Of a DNA stretch of 34,235 nucleotides, positions 1 through 10,120 are shown in pieces. The notes below the pieces were generated by a model, which searched no databases, was not told the DNA's origin, and was given only the letters and a program-made list of their open reading frames with translations. Numbering within the stretch: position 1 is the stretch's first letter; each line of letters starts with the position of its first letter. The stretch is from positions 43,043,270 through 43,077,504 of the forward strand of contig NC_068990.1 in NCBI RefSeq assembly GCF_001194135.2. The letters are read 5' to 3'. This stretch comes from Octopus bimaculoides (lineage: Eukaryota). Position numbers and translations under genes: made by a program.

Positions 1-230
1 CATAAAACACACCATTTCGAGCGTGGCCGTTTTCGTGCGGGTGACACGTAAAAGCACCCACTACACTCTCTGAGTGGTTGGCGTTAGGAAGGGCATCCAG
101 CTGTAGAAACTCTGCCAAATCAGACTGGAGCCTGGTGTTGCCATCCGGTTTCACCAGTCCTCAGTCAAATCGTCCAACCCATGCTAGCATGGAAAGCGGA
201 CGTTAAACGATGATGATGATGATGATGATG
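1..230 (+). mobile_element. Family A retroposon 3' part (RTE-type tail, (GAT)n end), young copy, truncated by window start
   Basis: Core GTAAAAGCACCCACTACACTCTC..GTGGTTGGCGTTAGGAAGGGCATCCAGCTGTAGAAAC, tail CATGCTAGCATGGAAAGCGGACGTTAAACGATGATG. About 10 related copies in the window; near-identical inverted copy at 14415-14638. Confidence 0.9.
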
Positions 231-657
231 ATATAGGTAGGCAGGTAAATGGATATGTAGGTAAGCATATAGATAAGTAGATTGATAGGTACATAGGTAC
301 ATAGACAAGCACACAAAAACACACACACACGCACATACACAAAAGGAGATGGAAACACGTGACCATATACTCACATGCACACTCTACATGCACACTCTAC
401 ATGCACACACAAGGACACATATGGAGACGCACATCTATGCATAACGGACATGTGTACATAGACACGCAAACCCATACACATAAACACACTCAAACGCGCA
501 CACACAAGGAGACAGAGGTACACACACAAATACACACACACACACACACACACACACACGTACAAACACAAACGTGCACACACAAACAGATGAATATGCA
601 GAATACAAACATGTAAACGTACATACATGCATACATATATATGCATGCACACATGCA

Positions 658-688
<31 letters not shown>

Positions 689-730
689 GTGTATACATAT
701 GCACACTGATGCACACACATGTGCACAAAC
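231..730. repeat. Compound (CA)n/(CATA)n microsatellite field
   Basis: Runs of acacac and catacata; explains the His/Thr/Val/Cys-rich ORFs here. Confidence 0.9.
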
Positions 731-944
731 AAACAAAAAGAATGCAGCTCCAATAACAAATAAAGTCACCAGTTATTGAAGAGGTTGCAAGAAGGAATGA
801 AAATTTTAGGAAATAAAAATAATAAATGAGTGAAAATTGAGCCAGTGATTGTGTTAATTAATAATGCATTAAAACAGAATGACTCTCTCCAGACACAACA
901 AGATTTACATAGCCAATATTTTATCCATTCCATTCCTTATATGC

Positions 945-976
<32 letters not shown>

Positions 977-979
<3 letters not shown>

Positions 980-1190
980 AATCCAAAAGAAGACAAAGAA
1001 CAAATGCACAAAAAACAACAATACATGGACGTGGTACATGTAAAGTATTAACAGACACTCAGGGAAGGAAAGAAAGATGGTTTAACATTTCAAGCAAAGC
1101 TCTTCTTCAGAAACAGAGGAAAGTCGAATAGAAAAGGAAGGAGGAGGAAATAAATCTCCAACGATTCACATGTGGTTACATTTTGAAATG
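977..1190 (-). mobile_element. Short hammerhead-bearing insert between (TA)n arrays (Penelope-like/retrozyme-like remnant), E1
   Basis: Flanked by (TA)n at ~949-976 and from 1191. Shares TATTA..GAC(A/G)CTC(A)GGGAA..GAAAG..TTT(A/G)AC(A/G)TTTC(A/G)AGC..GCTCTTC with 15578-15748. Confidence 0.6.
1080..1114 (-). ncRNA. Minimal type I hammerhead ribozyme, CpG-decayed
   Basis: Minus strand reads GUUU-CUGAAGA-A-GAGC(UUU)GCUU-GAA-AUGU-U/AAAC. Stem I GUUU:AAAC; two C->U changes at former CpGs leave G.U pairs. Confidence 0.6.
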
Positions 1191-1256
1191 TATATATATA
1201 CATATAGTTTTAAATCTCTGAACAAGAAATATGTACCAACAGTACCATACAGTAAA

Positions 1257-1446
1257 GTCTACTGAAAAGTATCGCAAAAGGCCTGGTTGGAGGCCCAACC
1301 TTCCAAGTTCTTTTACAGGGCTTAGAAAAGCTGAAGGATCATAAGTGTGTCAATCTGAGAGAGGAAAATGTTGAATAATATTATAATTAATTGATCTTCC
1401 TGCATTTTATTTACCCAAACCCAGGATCTTTTCACTAGCCCCTTAT
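1257..1446 (+). mobile_element. Mariner-derived MITE carrying the transposase C-terminal codons
   Basis: Translates (one slip) to WLEAQPSKFF-QGLEKLKDHKCVNLREENVE*, like the mariner C-terminus (K-L-x-x-R-W-x-K-C-V-x-x-x-G-x-Y-V-E). Right end CAGGATCTTTTCACTAGCCCCTTA is inverse to the decayed left end CTACTGAAAAGT. Confidence 0.7.
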
Positions 1447-1940
1447 ATGTGTATATATATATATAGATATATTAATTCTCTAAATGAAGTATTAACAGTA
1501 ACTGCACGATAAAGTGAAGTGTATTGCCACTTAAGTGTGGCTGACCTCTAGGGGTGGATGTTACTGTTGCTTTAGCCCCAGGAGGACATCTCCTCCAGCT
1601 GGCTTATCGACACACTATTGTGTCCTGTTTGTTTTGCCAAGGGAAGTTATCCCTCTCATCGTGATCGTAGCACGAACGGACCTTATTATTTCTTTTCCTT
1701 TACATTTCAATTTTTTTTCACTATTCCACCTTTTGCCTCCACCTTCGTCTCGTTTTTTCTTCCATGATTTCTCTTGTTCTATTATTCTGATTCATAGCTT
1801 GTATAGGCCATGTGTTCCAAAGATTACTTGGAGACTCTAGGCATGTTATAAAAAAAACCTGCTCAGATTATGTCTCTAATGTTTGAAATTATTAGTAGCT
1901 CATAACAACATACTATTTACATTAAATGATATTATCATCA

Positions 1941-2135
1941 TCATCTAACGTCCATTGTTTATGCTGGCATGGGTTGGACAGTTTGACCAGAGCTGGTAAG
2001 CTGGAGAGCTGCACCAGGCTCCCCTCTGATTTGGCTTGGTTTCTACAGCTGGATGCCCTTCTAAACACCAACCACTTTACAGAGTGTACTGGGTGCTTTT
2101 ACATGGCACTGGCACACGACTCTTGCAAGCCAATC
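1941..2135 (-). mobile_element. Family A 3' region, directly downstream of RTE ORF2 end
   Basis: (ATC)n tail at ~1941, GCTGGCATGGGTTGGACAG, CTACAGCTGGATGCCCTTC, GGGTGCTTTT. Confidence 0.85.
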
Positions 2136-2465
2136 CCCTTCACCAAGGGAAGTGGTCCTAACACTTCAGCTGTAGGGTACACGTCTTCTTCAGTACAACA
2201 AGGTGCCAGGCATCTTGGTCCTTTGTCATCTCACCTGAAATGTGCAGCATCCTCATGTCATCCTTCAGTACTTCATCCCATGTTTCCTTGGGTCTCCCTG
2301 TTCCATGTGTTTCATCTACTTTGAGAGCTCAGCACTTCTATATGCAGCTGTTGGCATCCATCTGCATCACATGACTTAACCAGTATAGTCTTCTCTCTTG
2401 CACACTGCATCTAATTCCTCATATGCCTAATTTCTCTCTCAATACATTTGCACTCTGTCAAACAT
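2136..2465 (-). mobile_element. RTE-clade LINE ORF2 C-terminal fragment (pseudogenised)
   Basis: Minus translation reads GIRCSVQERRLYWLSHVMQMDANSCI*KC*ALKVDETHGTGRPKETWDEVLKDDMRMLHISGEMTKDQDAWH. This matches the RTE motifs LRWFGHVxRM, RGRGRPRKTW and MTxDRxxW. Confidence 0.85.
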
Positions 2466-2466
2466 A

Positions 2467-2864
2467 CTCTTTTACTTTTTTACTTGTTTCAGTCATTTGA
2501 CTGTGGCCATGCTGGAGCACCGCCTTTAGTCGAGCAAATCGACCCCAGGATTTATTCTTCGTAAGCCTAGTACTTATTCTATCGGTCTCTCTTGCTGAAC
2601 CACTAAGTGATGGGGACATAAACACACCAGCATCGGTTGTCAAGCAACACTAAGGGGACAAACACAGACACACAAACATACACTCACACACATGTATACA
2701 TATATACGACGGGCTTCTTTCAGTATCCGTCTACCAAATCCACTAACAAGCCTTTGGTCAGCCCGAGGCTATAATAGAAGACACTTGCCTAAGATGCCAC
2801 ACAGTGGGACTGAACCCGGAACCATGTGGCTGGTAAGCAAGCTACTTACCACACAGCCACTCCT
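2467..2864 (-). mobile_element. Family B tRNA-derived SINE (CORE-like centre), full length
   Basis: Reverse strand: GGAGTGGCTGTGTGGTAAGTAGCTTGCTTACCAGCCACATGGTTCCGGGTTCAGTCCCACTG (Pol III A/B-box-like), CTTAGGCAAGTGTCTTC, internal microsatellite, tail CCAGCATGGCCACAGTCAAATGACTGAAACAAGT. Confidence 0.85.
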
Positions 2865-2889
2865 TACACTTTCATTACACATCTAGCGG

Positions 2890-3370
2890 AGCATACTAGC
2901 CTCATTCCTCTCAAACCTTACACACCTTATCTGTGTGTGTGTGTATCTGTGTGTACCTTACACACAGATACACACACACACAGACACACACACACAGATA
3001 CACACACAACAGACCTCAACACAGTTTCTATCAACAAAATTCACTCACAAAACATTGGTTAACCTGGAGGCTATTGTCGAAGACACTTTCCCAAGGAGTC
3101 ATGCAGTGGGACTGAACACAGCCCCACATGGTTGCAAAGCAACCTTCTTAACTACACAGCCATACCTGCACCAATATATTTTAAATACCTATAGAGTTTA
3201 AGACAAATATACTAATTGCTCTTGTTATTGTTGCTGATTAACTTCAGTGAGCCTCAGTGAGCTTATTCAAGTGACATTTCAACATGGAAATAATCAAATC
3301 AATATGAGATTGAACCCGAAACTACATGGTTGCAAAACAAACTTCTTAAACCACACAGCCATGCCAGCCA
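2890..3370 (-). mobile_element. Two older family B heads in tandem (3010-3172 and ~3300-3368)
   Basis: GAAGACACTTTCCCAAGG..GGGACTGAAC..CACACAGCCATACC and GATTGAACCCGAAACTACATGGTTGCAAAAC..CCACACAGCCATGCC align to the B head. Confidence 0.7.
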
Positions 3371-3954
3371 GTACTAATGACATACAAGCTATTTTATGTG
3401 TATTTTGTATTTTTATGTATTTCAATAATGTTTGGTGTTTTTTTGCTTAGCTTCTGGTGATCCCTGGTTAAGCAGACTTAGGATTAAAAGCATTACATCC
3501 ATGACCATCCTGACTATCTTCAGGTATAGTGTACTTTGGACAACAGCATCTAATGTGTTATTTCTTTTTCAAGTTGGTAGAGTAATGGTTTTCAAATGGG
3601 ATCTACATATAATGGGGTTCATATAAGATTTTGTTGTTAAAATTTATCTGAAATAAATCGGTTATTATAATTCTATGATACACAGAATATTATAATGTTT
3701 TTAGTAAAATTCCTAATAATATCTAATTATAGAAATATATGATTTTTTTAAACATCAAATGGCTAAGAGGATCCATCTGAGTAAAATGGGAATCAAAGGT
3801 AAAAATTGGTTGAGAAACACAGGGTAGAGTGTAAGTTTAGAGGGAATTGACTGCTATTTCAAGCAGATCTAGTGACCAGATAGAGGCGGCATTGTTGGTT
3901 CATTAACATAGTGTGTTTGTTAGTAGCTGTGTTCTGGTATGTTACTGATATGGG

Positions 3955-4026
3955 TGTGTGTATGCACATCTGTGTGTGTGTGTGTGTGTGTGCGTGTGTG
4001 TGTGTGTGCGTGTGCGTGTGTGCGTG

Positions 4027-4063
<37 letters not shown>
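3955..4063. repeat. (TG)n microsatellite
   Basis: Direct reading. Confidence 0.95.
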
Positions 4064-4065
<2 letters not shown>

Positions 4066-4470
4066 AAGAAGCTAATAGCAGCCACAAATTGTACACTTCT
4101 CATGGTTAGGGAAATAGTCATTAGTTTTTGTTCAATTTACTTTTAGAGTTTTTTTTCTGTCTAAGATAGATATCTTTACATTATCTACCAGAGAAGAACT
4201 GAAGATATTTACTTGTTATTTTTGGCAGAGAAATTCCAACCAATTTAATTGCAAATGAATCTTAAGAATAACATAAATTTATTATAGTTATTGTTGTTGC
4301 TGTTCATGCCGTTGTTGTTGTTATTTGTTACATTCTATCCACCTGCTCTCAACCTAAACTATTGTAATTGTGTTCATTTTCATCGTCTTTTCTTATTTTT
4401 CTTCCAAAATAATGTATCAGTTTCACGATTTAATATGTTATTAATCTTAAATATCTTTCTCACCCTTCCT

Positions 4471-4475
<5 letters not shown>

Positions 4476-4519
<44 letters not shown>

Positions 4520-4589
4520 TTTCACTCTTTCTCACTCTTTCTAATACACAAACACACATAAGCACATACACACACACACACACACTCAT

Positions 4590-4627
<38 letters not shown>

Positions 4628-4790
4628 ACACACACACACACAAAGCATATTAATTCCTAAGTGCAGCTTATTGAGAATATTCCATAGTGTTTCAGAAGGA
4701 GAGAGAGAGAGAGAAAGAGACCAAGTGAAAGAGTGTGAGAGAGACCAAGTGAAAGAGAGAGAGAGAGAGAGAGAGAGACCAAATGAAAGA
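4476..4790. repeat. (CT)n, (CA)n and (GA)n microsatellites; GAGACCAARTGAAAGAG unit x3 at ~4717-4792
   Basis: Direct reading. Confidence 0.9.
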
Positions 4791-5049
4791 GAGAGCACTA
4801 AGGTGTTTGTGTAAATAGACAAGACAAAGACTAGGCAGGAAGTGAAGGGAAATAAGAGTTGAGATAGTCATTAAACATGTATATAAATGAACTAAACATG
4901 TATATAAGTGAGGGGAGGGAGTAAAGACGTCCATAGTATTTGCATAAGCGTGCATGCCTGCACACACACGTTCGTGTGCCTATATGTATCTACTCATCCA
5001 CCCTCACTTGAAACACACACATGCTCACCCACACATTTGCCAAAAAATA

Positions 5050-5347
5050 TATACATACCCGCATACACACTTGTACACACACACACGCAACGTGCACAAA
5101 AAGGTTCATACACATGTCTATATCGCACATGCACAAGAAAAAAACAGGGTTAAAGTAAAATAAAGAAAAACGTGTAAAAAAAGGTGTAAAAAATAATCAA
5201 TAAGAGTAAAACATGTCTATACATGCACATACTCGTATGCGTGCACACACACACGTCTATATTCGCACATACTCATATGCATGCACACACACACTTCTAT
5301 ATATGCACATACCCGCATACATATATATATATAGATATATATATATG

Positions 5348-5400
<53 letters not shown>
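5050..5400. repeat. (CA)/(TA)/(TG) compound microsatellite
   Basis: Direct reading. Confidence 0.9.
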
Positions 5401-5402
<2 letters not shown>

Positions 5403-5622
5403 TTCCCTTGTTAACAATTAACACAGAAAAAATAGATAAATAGTTACCAGGGTAGCAAAAAATCACACAAGTAAAAAGGGTGTAACTCCTTGTTTTTAAA
5501 GGTAGAAACTCCAGGTTTACGTGAAATATTTTGTATAATATATATAAATAGATAAATGGAATTAAATGCAGGTGTCATTCAAATTCTTTTACTTCCAACA
5601 CATGTTTTGAAGATATTACTGG
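5401..5622 (-). mobile_element. Insert related to E3 (17304-17492), truncated by N-gap, E4
   Basis: Minus strand GGAAGTAAAAGAATTTGAATGACACCTGCATTTAATTCCATTTAT aligns by eye to E3 GGAATTAAAGGAACTTATTGATTATATGCGTTTTGCTCCATTTAT; it is preceded by CTTC-AAAACATGTGT-T. Confidence 0.45.
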
Positions 5623-5732
5623 NNNNNNNNNNNNNNNNNNNNNNNNNNNNNNNNNNNNNNNNNNNNNNNNNNNNNNNNNNNNNNNNNNNNNNNNNNNNNN
5701 NNNNNNNNNNNNNNNNNNNNNNNNNNNNNNNN

Positions 5733-5769
<37 letters not shown>

Positions 5770-5821
5770 GAATGACAGTATTAATGAAATAAGAGATGGA
5801 ATCTGTATTAGACTTTAGTGA

Positions 5822-6514
5822 GTACTTGATATAGGCCACCATGAAGGCCATGTAGGAAGATGAATGGAGGCATAACGTCACCATCACTAGTGATCACTCC
5901 AGACACTACGATGTTGACAGGATGGTTGGTTTTTATCACTCTCGGTACATGTTCTCAGATAGCACAGTCCTCAGATTAACACCCAAACACTCTGAAATGT
6001 TCATATTGTATCTTCTGGCAAGGATGCCAAACAGTACAGCTTGCCATTTCCAAATTTCTGGCAGAGTGAATTGTGTCAGACATAGGGACTTCCAGCAGTG
6101 ACCCTCTTCATCCAGAGCAGCACTACCTCCTCCAGGCACTTGATGTAGGCCTTTATGTTGTGGCTGAAGCCATATGAGAAGATGAATGGAGGCATAATGT
6201 CGTCATCACTAGTGATCACTCCAAACACCATGATGTTGACTGGATGTTTGATTTTTACCACTCTCGATACATGTCTTCAGATTGATAGACAAACACTCTG
6301 AAATGTTTGTATTGGATCTTCAGGTTCGAATGCCAAGCAGTACAGCATATCGTTTCCAAATTTCTAGCAGATGATTTGCGTCATGGTACTGTTTTCTCAC
6401 AGAGGGTGCCCAACTGACCCTATGATACTGTGTAGTCAAGAAAATCAAAAACAAACAATGCACATGCACTAAATTAAAAATATAAAATGGTGACAATTTA
6501 CCCATTTCACCCTG
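5822..6514 (-). mobile_element. Internally deleted Tc1/mariner element, most like DD37D (maT), as a head-to-tail dimer
   Basis: 5' end TA-CAGGGTGAAATGGG at 6516-6501. N-terminal codons (EIWKRYAVLLGIR..NISECL) are fused to catalytic-domain codons KIKHPVNIMVFGVITSDDDIMPPFIFSYGFSHNIKAYIKCLEEVVLLWMKRVTAGSPYV. The unit is repeated at 6072-5822. The subfamily call is from recalled motifs. Confidence 0.75.
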
Positions 6515-6516
6515 TA

Positions 6517-7101
6517 TCATCATCATCATCATCATCTTCGTTTAATGTCCGCTTTCCATGCTAGCATGAGTTGGACAATTTGACTGAGGACTGGTGAACC
6601 AGATGGCTGCAGCAGCTCTAATCTGATCTGGCAGAGTTTCTACAGCTAAATGCCCTTCCTAACACCAACCACTCTGAGAGTGTAGTGGGTGCTTTTACGT
6701 ACCACCAGCACGAGGGCCAATCACACGATACTGGCAACGGCCACGCTCAAAATGGTGTTTTTTACATGCCACCTGCACAGGAGCCAGTCCAGCGGCACTG
6801 GCAACAACCTCGCTCGAATGATTTTCTAATGTGTCACTGGCACAAGTGCCAGTAAGGCGACACTGGTAACGATCATGCTCAAATGGTGCTATTTACAGGC
6901 CACTAACATGGAAACCAGACAGTTGCTCTGGCAATGATCATGCTCGGATAGTGCTGTTAGCGCTCCACTGGCACAGGTGCCAGTCATCGAATATGGTTCA
7001 ATTACGATTTTGATTTCACTTGCCCCAACAGGTCTTCGCATGCAGAGTTTAGTATCCAATGAAGGAGAGGTTGGCATGGGTGCCAGTCGTTGAATTTGGT
7101 T
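6517..7101 (-). mobile_element. Family A long copy with internal ~60-65 bp degenerate tandem units
   Basis: (ATC)n tail at 6517; units ending GGTGCTTTTTACRTGCCAC recur at ~6690, 6760 and 6890. Confidence 0.9.
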
Positions 7102-7104
7102 CAT

Positions 7105-7237
7105 ATATATACACACACACACACACACATATATACATACATATATATGTGTGTGTGTGTGTGTTTGTGTGTATGCATGTATGTATGTATGTATGTATGT
7201 ATGTATGTATGTATGTATGTATGTATGCATGCATGTA
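7105..7237. repeat. (CA)/(TA)/(TG)/(TATG)n microsatellite
   Basis: Direct reading. Confidence 0.9.
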
Positions 7238-7484
7238 TTCTGATCCATAATCAAACTGCAATATATGCCAGTTAATAGCATATCTATGATCAAGTAGCTT
7301 GTCTTAGAAATCACATTGCTTATAATTATACCTCTTATCCTGAATGAAATCTCAGCTGGCTGACAATGTTTATAGAGTGTCAGAATAGCACACTTCTGTG
7401 TCAAAGTATTGATGGTTTGTGTCTCATAAACTATGTTGTATCGTGCACATAGACGGCATGGGTTAAATATATTTTATAGAAACA

Positions 7485-8570
7485 AGTAAAATTTGGAAGT
7501 ACACCAACTGCTGAAATAAGTATGATATAGAAATACACTTACTGTTGAAATAGGAAGAATATGAAAATACACTTACAACTAAAATAAGTACTGAAATTGA
7601 AATTGAACCAAATTCGATGACTGGCACCCATGCTAGTGGAGCACTAATAGCACCATCCGAGCGTGATCATTGTCAGAGCAGCTGTCTGGCTTCCATGCCG
7701 GTGGCACGTAAAAAGCACCATTTGAGCATGATCGTTACCAGCGTCGCCTTACTGGCACTTGTGCNNNNNNNNNNTGGCACGTAAAAAGCACCATTTGAGC
7801 ATGATCGTTACCAGCGTCGCCTTACTGGCACTTGTGCCGGTAGCATGGGAAAAAAACATTCGAGTGAGGTCGTTGTCAGTGCCACTGTACTGGCTCCTGT
7901 GCAGGTGGCATGTAAAAAGCACCATTTGAACGTGGCCATTGTCAGTACCGTGTGACTGGCCCTCGTGCCAGTGGCATGTAAAAGTACCCACTACACTCTC
8001 AGAGTGGTTGGCGTTAGGAAGGGCATCCAGCTGTAGAAACTCTGCCAGATCAGATTGGAGCCTGGTGCAGCCATCTGGTTCGCCAGTCCTCAGTCAAATT
8101 GTCCAACCCATGCTAGCATGGAAAGCGGATGTTAAACGATGATGATGATGATGTGAAAATACACTTTTACTGCTAAAGCAGGTACTATATGAAAATATAT
8201 TTACTGCTGAAATAGGTTCTTTATGGTAGTACACTTACAGCTAAAATAGATAACCTATGGCAGTACACTTACTGCTGAAGCAGGTATTATTTGGAAGTGC
8301 ACTTACTGCTGAAACAAGTCTTTTTATATCAGTACACTTACTATTGAAATAGGTACCCTGTGGAAGTATATTTTCTGCTGAAATAGGTGCGTATGGAAAT
8401 ACACACTTCCTTAATACTAAAATAGATACAAATATGGAAATGCACTTAGTGTTCAAATAGATACCATATGGTAATACACTTAATGCTGAAATAGGTAGTA
8501 TACAGTAATACACTTAGTATGGAAATACACTTAATACATATTCAAATACACTTACTGTTAAAAGCAATGA
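7485..8570. repeat. Degenerate ~34-bp minisatellite (TATGGAAATACACTTACTGCTGAAATAGGTACC+N) split by a family A insertion
   Basis: About 3 units at 7485-7596 and about 12 units at 8155-8570; units counted at 34-35 bp. Confidence 0.85.
7597..8154 (+). mobile_element. Family A long copy, inverted relative to 6517-7101
   Basis: Same internal units (GGCACGTAAAAAGCACCATTTGAGC), core and (GAT)n tail. Confidence 0.9.
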
Positions 8571-8609
8571 TAGCACTGTATATATTGCTTTCTAACACTG
8601 GCAAAAGGT

Positions 8610-8716
8610 TAACACATTTTAGGAAATGGACATAGTCAATCAAACTAACCCAAGTATTTGACTGTTACTTTATTTTACAAGCTTCAAAAAGATGACAAGC
8701 AAAGTTAACCCTGGCA
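8610..8716 (-). mobile_element. Old family C SINE fragment
   Basis: CCCAAGTATTTGACTGTTACTTTATTTT..AAAGATGACAAGCAAAGTTAACCCTGGC resembles the C central domain. Confidence 0.5.
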
Positions 8717-9399
8717 AGGCATTTTATTTGGTTTTCTAAGTTTTATTAAATTAATGAATATATTCTATAACTGATAAGTGTTTCATTAGCTTGTAGTGAG
8801 GATTCAAAAAGATCCATGTAGAGGAAGGACGGTTACTAAGTTAACCCCTTAGTCACACTTTAGTACCTCGTGTATTACCATATGTTACTTATCACAACAT
8901 TAAATCTATTGCCAAAGGTACTTTCTTCAGAATTAAGTGTACTTTAATACAATTCCTATTTTAACAGTAAGTGTATTTGCAATTCATATGTTGGGAAACA
9001 CTGTATTAAAAGAAGACAAAGATTGCTGTGTGCCCCACCAACCCAACTGATCAATCACTACACCCACCATTAAATCTCTAAAATACATAATATACAAACT
9101 GTTTAGATAAACCACATAAAACTGAGGTAGGCAAAATCAAACCCAATGACTTTCTCCATTTATTTCTCATCCACTTGACAGTGTGTATTCAGTGCATTTT
9201 TTTGTGGCACCAACACTAAAGAAACTGTCAGGTCCTTGGTGAGACAGTGCTAATAGTACCTCTCAATCCTATGTTCCTCTGCTTACTCACCAATAACTTT
9301 TCGGATTGTGCTGATAGGAAATCTTTTACTGTGGCACCAGTTTATATAATCCTATTATAGCTTTACAGCCTGGTAGAAGAAATAATATTTTTCTGATCT

Positions 9400-10120
9400 G
9401 ACAAATGTAAACTGATGAAGATGAGAAATCAAGGTTAGTTGCTAACTGGAGTGTGGAGACATAAGTTGCAATTACATGAATTTAGGAGAAGGAAAACAGG
9501 CAAGTGAGTTGATAATACATCTAAATGGCCAGCAGACAGGGTAGAGATTATAAATCAATACACTGATGGGGGGTTTTAGTGTACCTCCTGATAGATGTGC
9601 CCAACTATTTATCTGCTCAGTTTAAGGATAAACTGTCTTTACTGGTAACAATGAAGGTGTTTCTCTCTATGGAGGTGTGAAAAGTAGTCTGTGTGTAAAA
9701 CATATGTAAGAAGTATGATAAATTAGGGCAGTGAGACATGAGAAACAATATAGAGGAGAGGATCTATAAAAACTGGAGAGAAATGAAGCAGGTAAGAATA
9801 TGTAGTGATGGTTGGGTAATGTTAACCTGAAAGACAGAGCAAATGTGATTTGCAGAAGTGGCTGAGCATTTAATTCTTTAACTTTTGTGCAAAATTGAGA
9901 TGATCATCAGCTTATGTGTGTAAGAGAAATAACCTTACTGGATGATGAGAGCTGGATGATAAGGTGTCATGTGCTGTTGGTGTAAATATATGACTGTGGA
10001 AGAAAAACATGACCAAAGAGAATATGGGAAGTTGGGTAGGGTGTGGCAGATCTTGGAATATTGGCCTTCATAGAAGAGATGGTAAAAGACAGGAACAAGG
10101 TAGTGATATACTGCATGATG
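9400..10120 (+). mobile_element. Highly decayed RTE LINE ORF2 3' half
   Basis: Residual motifs across frames: RVEIINQ, NVNLKDR, LLDDESWMIRCH, GRKT*PKRIWE, DLGILAFIEEMVKDRN (cf. RMDEDSWVKKC, GRPRKTW, MTKDR). Confidence 0.55.

Noticed and set aside
7701-7836. Exact 62-bp tandem duplication
   Set aside because: The two copies straddle a 10-N gap and the sister copy at 6517-7101 has this unit once; likely a contig-overlap artefact.
8155-8570. CRISPR array or coding repeat (YGNTLTAEIGT)
   Set aside because: No unique spacers, eukaryotic context, and a 34-bp period that breaks the reading frame.
9291-9369. Minus-strand exon candidate (TTCTACCAG / GTGAGT)
   Set aside because: Stops in all three frames.
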